DNA of 63,178 nucleotides, filler included, from Lenisia limosa (taxonomy: Eukaryota; Protista; Breviatea), in NCBI GenBank assembly GCA_001655205.1. It is 8 parts of 8 records of this genome, joined end to end, with 100 filler letters (N's around TTAATTAATTAA, not from the genome) between each part and the next. Parts side by side here need not be neighbours in the genome. Positions count along the whole stretch, not along the records: positions 35,964 to 63,178 come from LPNZ01009902.1; 7 more parts are not named here. One strand, 5' to 3'. The position numbers were made by a program, and so were the translations under genes. The notes below the pieces were generated by a model that saw only the letters and a program-made list of their open reading frames with translations, was not told where the DNA came from and did not search any database. Below are positions 62,732 to 63,178 of this stretch, one piece after another (within the stretch, counting starts at the first letter, position 1; each line of letters opens with the position of its first letter).

Positions 62732-63178
62732 CATCTTCTGACCGAAAATGGCATGAATGACCCTCGTCAAAAAGGATATCTAATTCAGTTTAATTGTCTG
62801 ATTCTGAATTCTTGTTTTTTGTGTTGTGTATATTTACATTGTATTTTATACCAATGTCCTTTTTCACAAGACAGCGCGTGCAACATACCTTATTTATTTC
62901 ATTCACCTTCCTCCTCGTGGAGGAAGTCAAAGACGTCTGTTAGCCTGCAAGAGGGGTTAGATACATATCATCATGTATGACAGGGAAAACAGACACTTGA
63001 AGACAAGACAAGGGTCAAGGGAAACAAACACATTGGTGGCAGCTGCTTGTCTTCCTTTTGAACCACCATACCAAACGTTGGCAACACCGTTGCCAACGGA
63101 TTTTTGAAAGGATGTTGTTGTGTCATTATAGAAACCAGAATCAAATTCATGCCATCCTTTTTATCATTTAATATATAT

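Noticed and set aside
39-63178. Most ORF-track entries, including those rich in X
   Set aside because: They are antisense shadows, intron read-through, repeat-derived or N-gap artefacts; the real genes are spliced.

Overview
Intron-rich eukaryotic (protist-like) genomic DNA, not prokaryotic. TAA, TAG and TGA all serve as stops, introns are short GT-AG, and many intronic poly-G/poly-C tracts run into N-gaps. Seven N-TTAATTAATTAA-N six-frame-stop linkers mark contig joins of unknown size. I spliced the genes by eye. Recognisable genes: U1A/U2B'' snRNP protein, a plant/amoebozoan-type 3-ketoacyl-CoA synthase (3' half), a papain-family protease (5' part), AIP1/WDR1, a UPF0193/EVG1-like protein, a Nudix hydrolase and a NIPA-type Mg transporter. 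Three loci stand out. (1) A head-to-head pair of intron-containing, signal-peptide-bearing paralogues with phage tail-collar domains and H-x-H motifs. (2) A ~15.6 kb gene for a giant receptor: signal peptide, filamin/Ig folds, Cys-rich repeats, a multi-TM bundle and a cyclase-homology domain lacking most catalytic residues. (3) A large secreted beta-helix protein with an inserted LamG domain. The introns carry at least three dispersed repeat families: a ~100 bp hAT-like MITE with 8-bp TSDs, a ~150 bp non-TIR element, and an element that forms the 3' splice end of several introns. All exon boundaries are manual and approximate.
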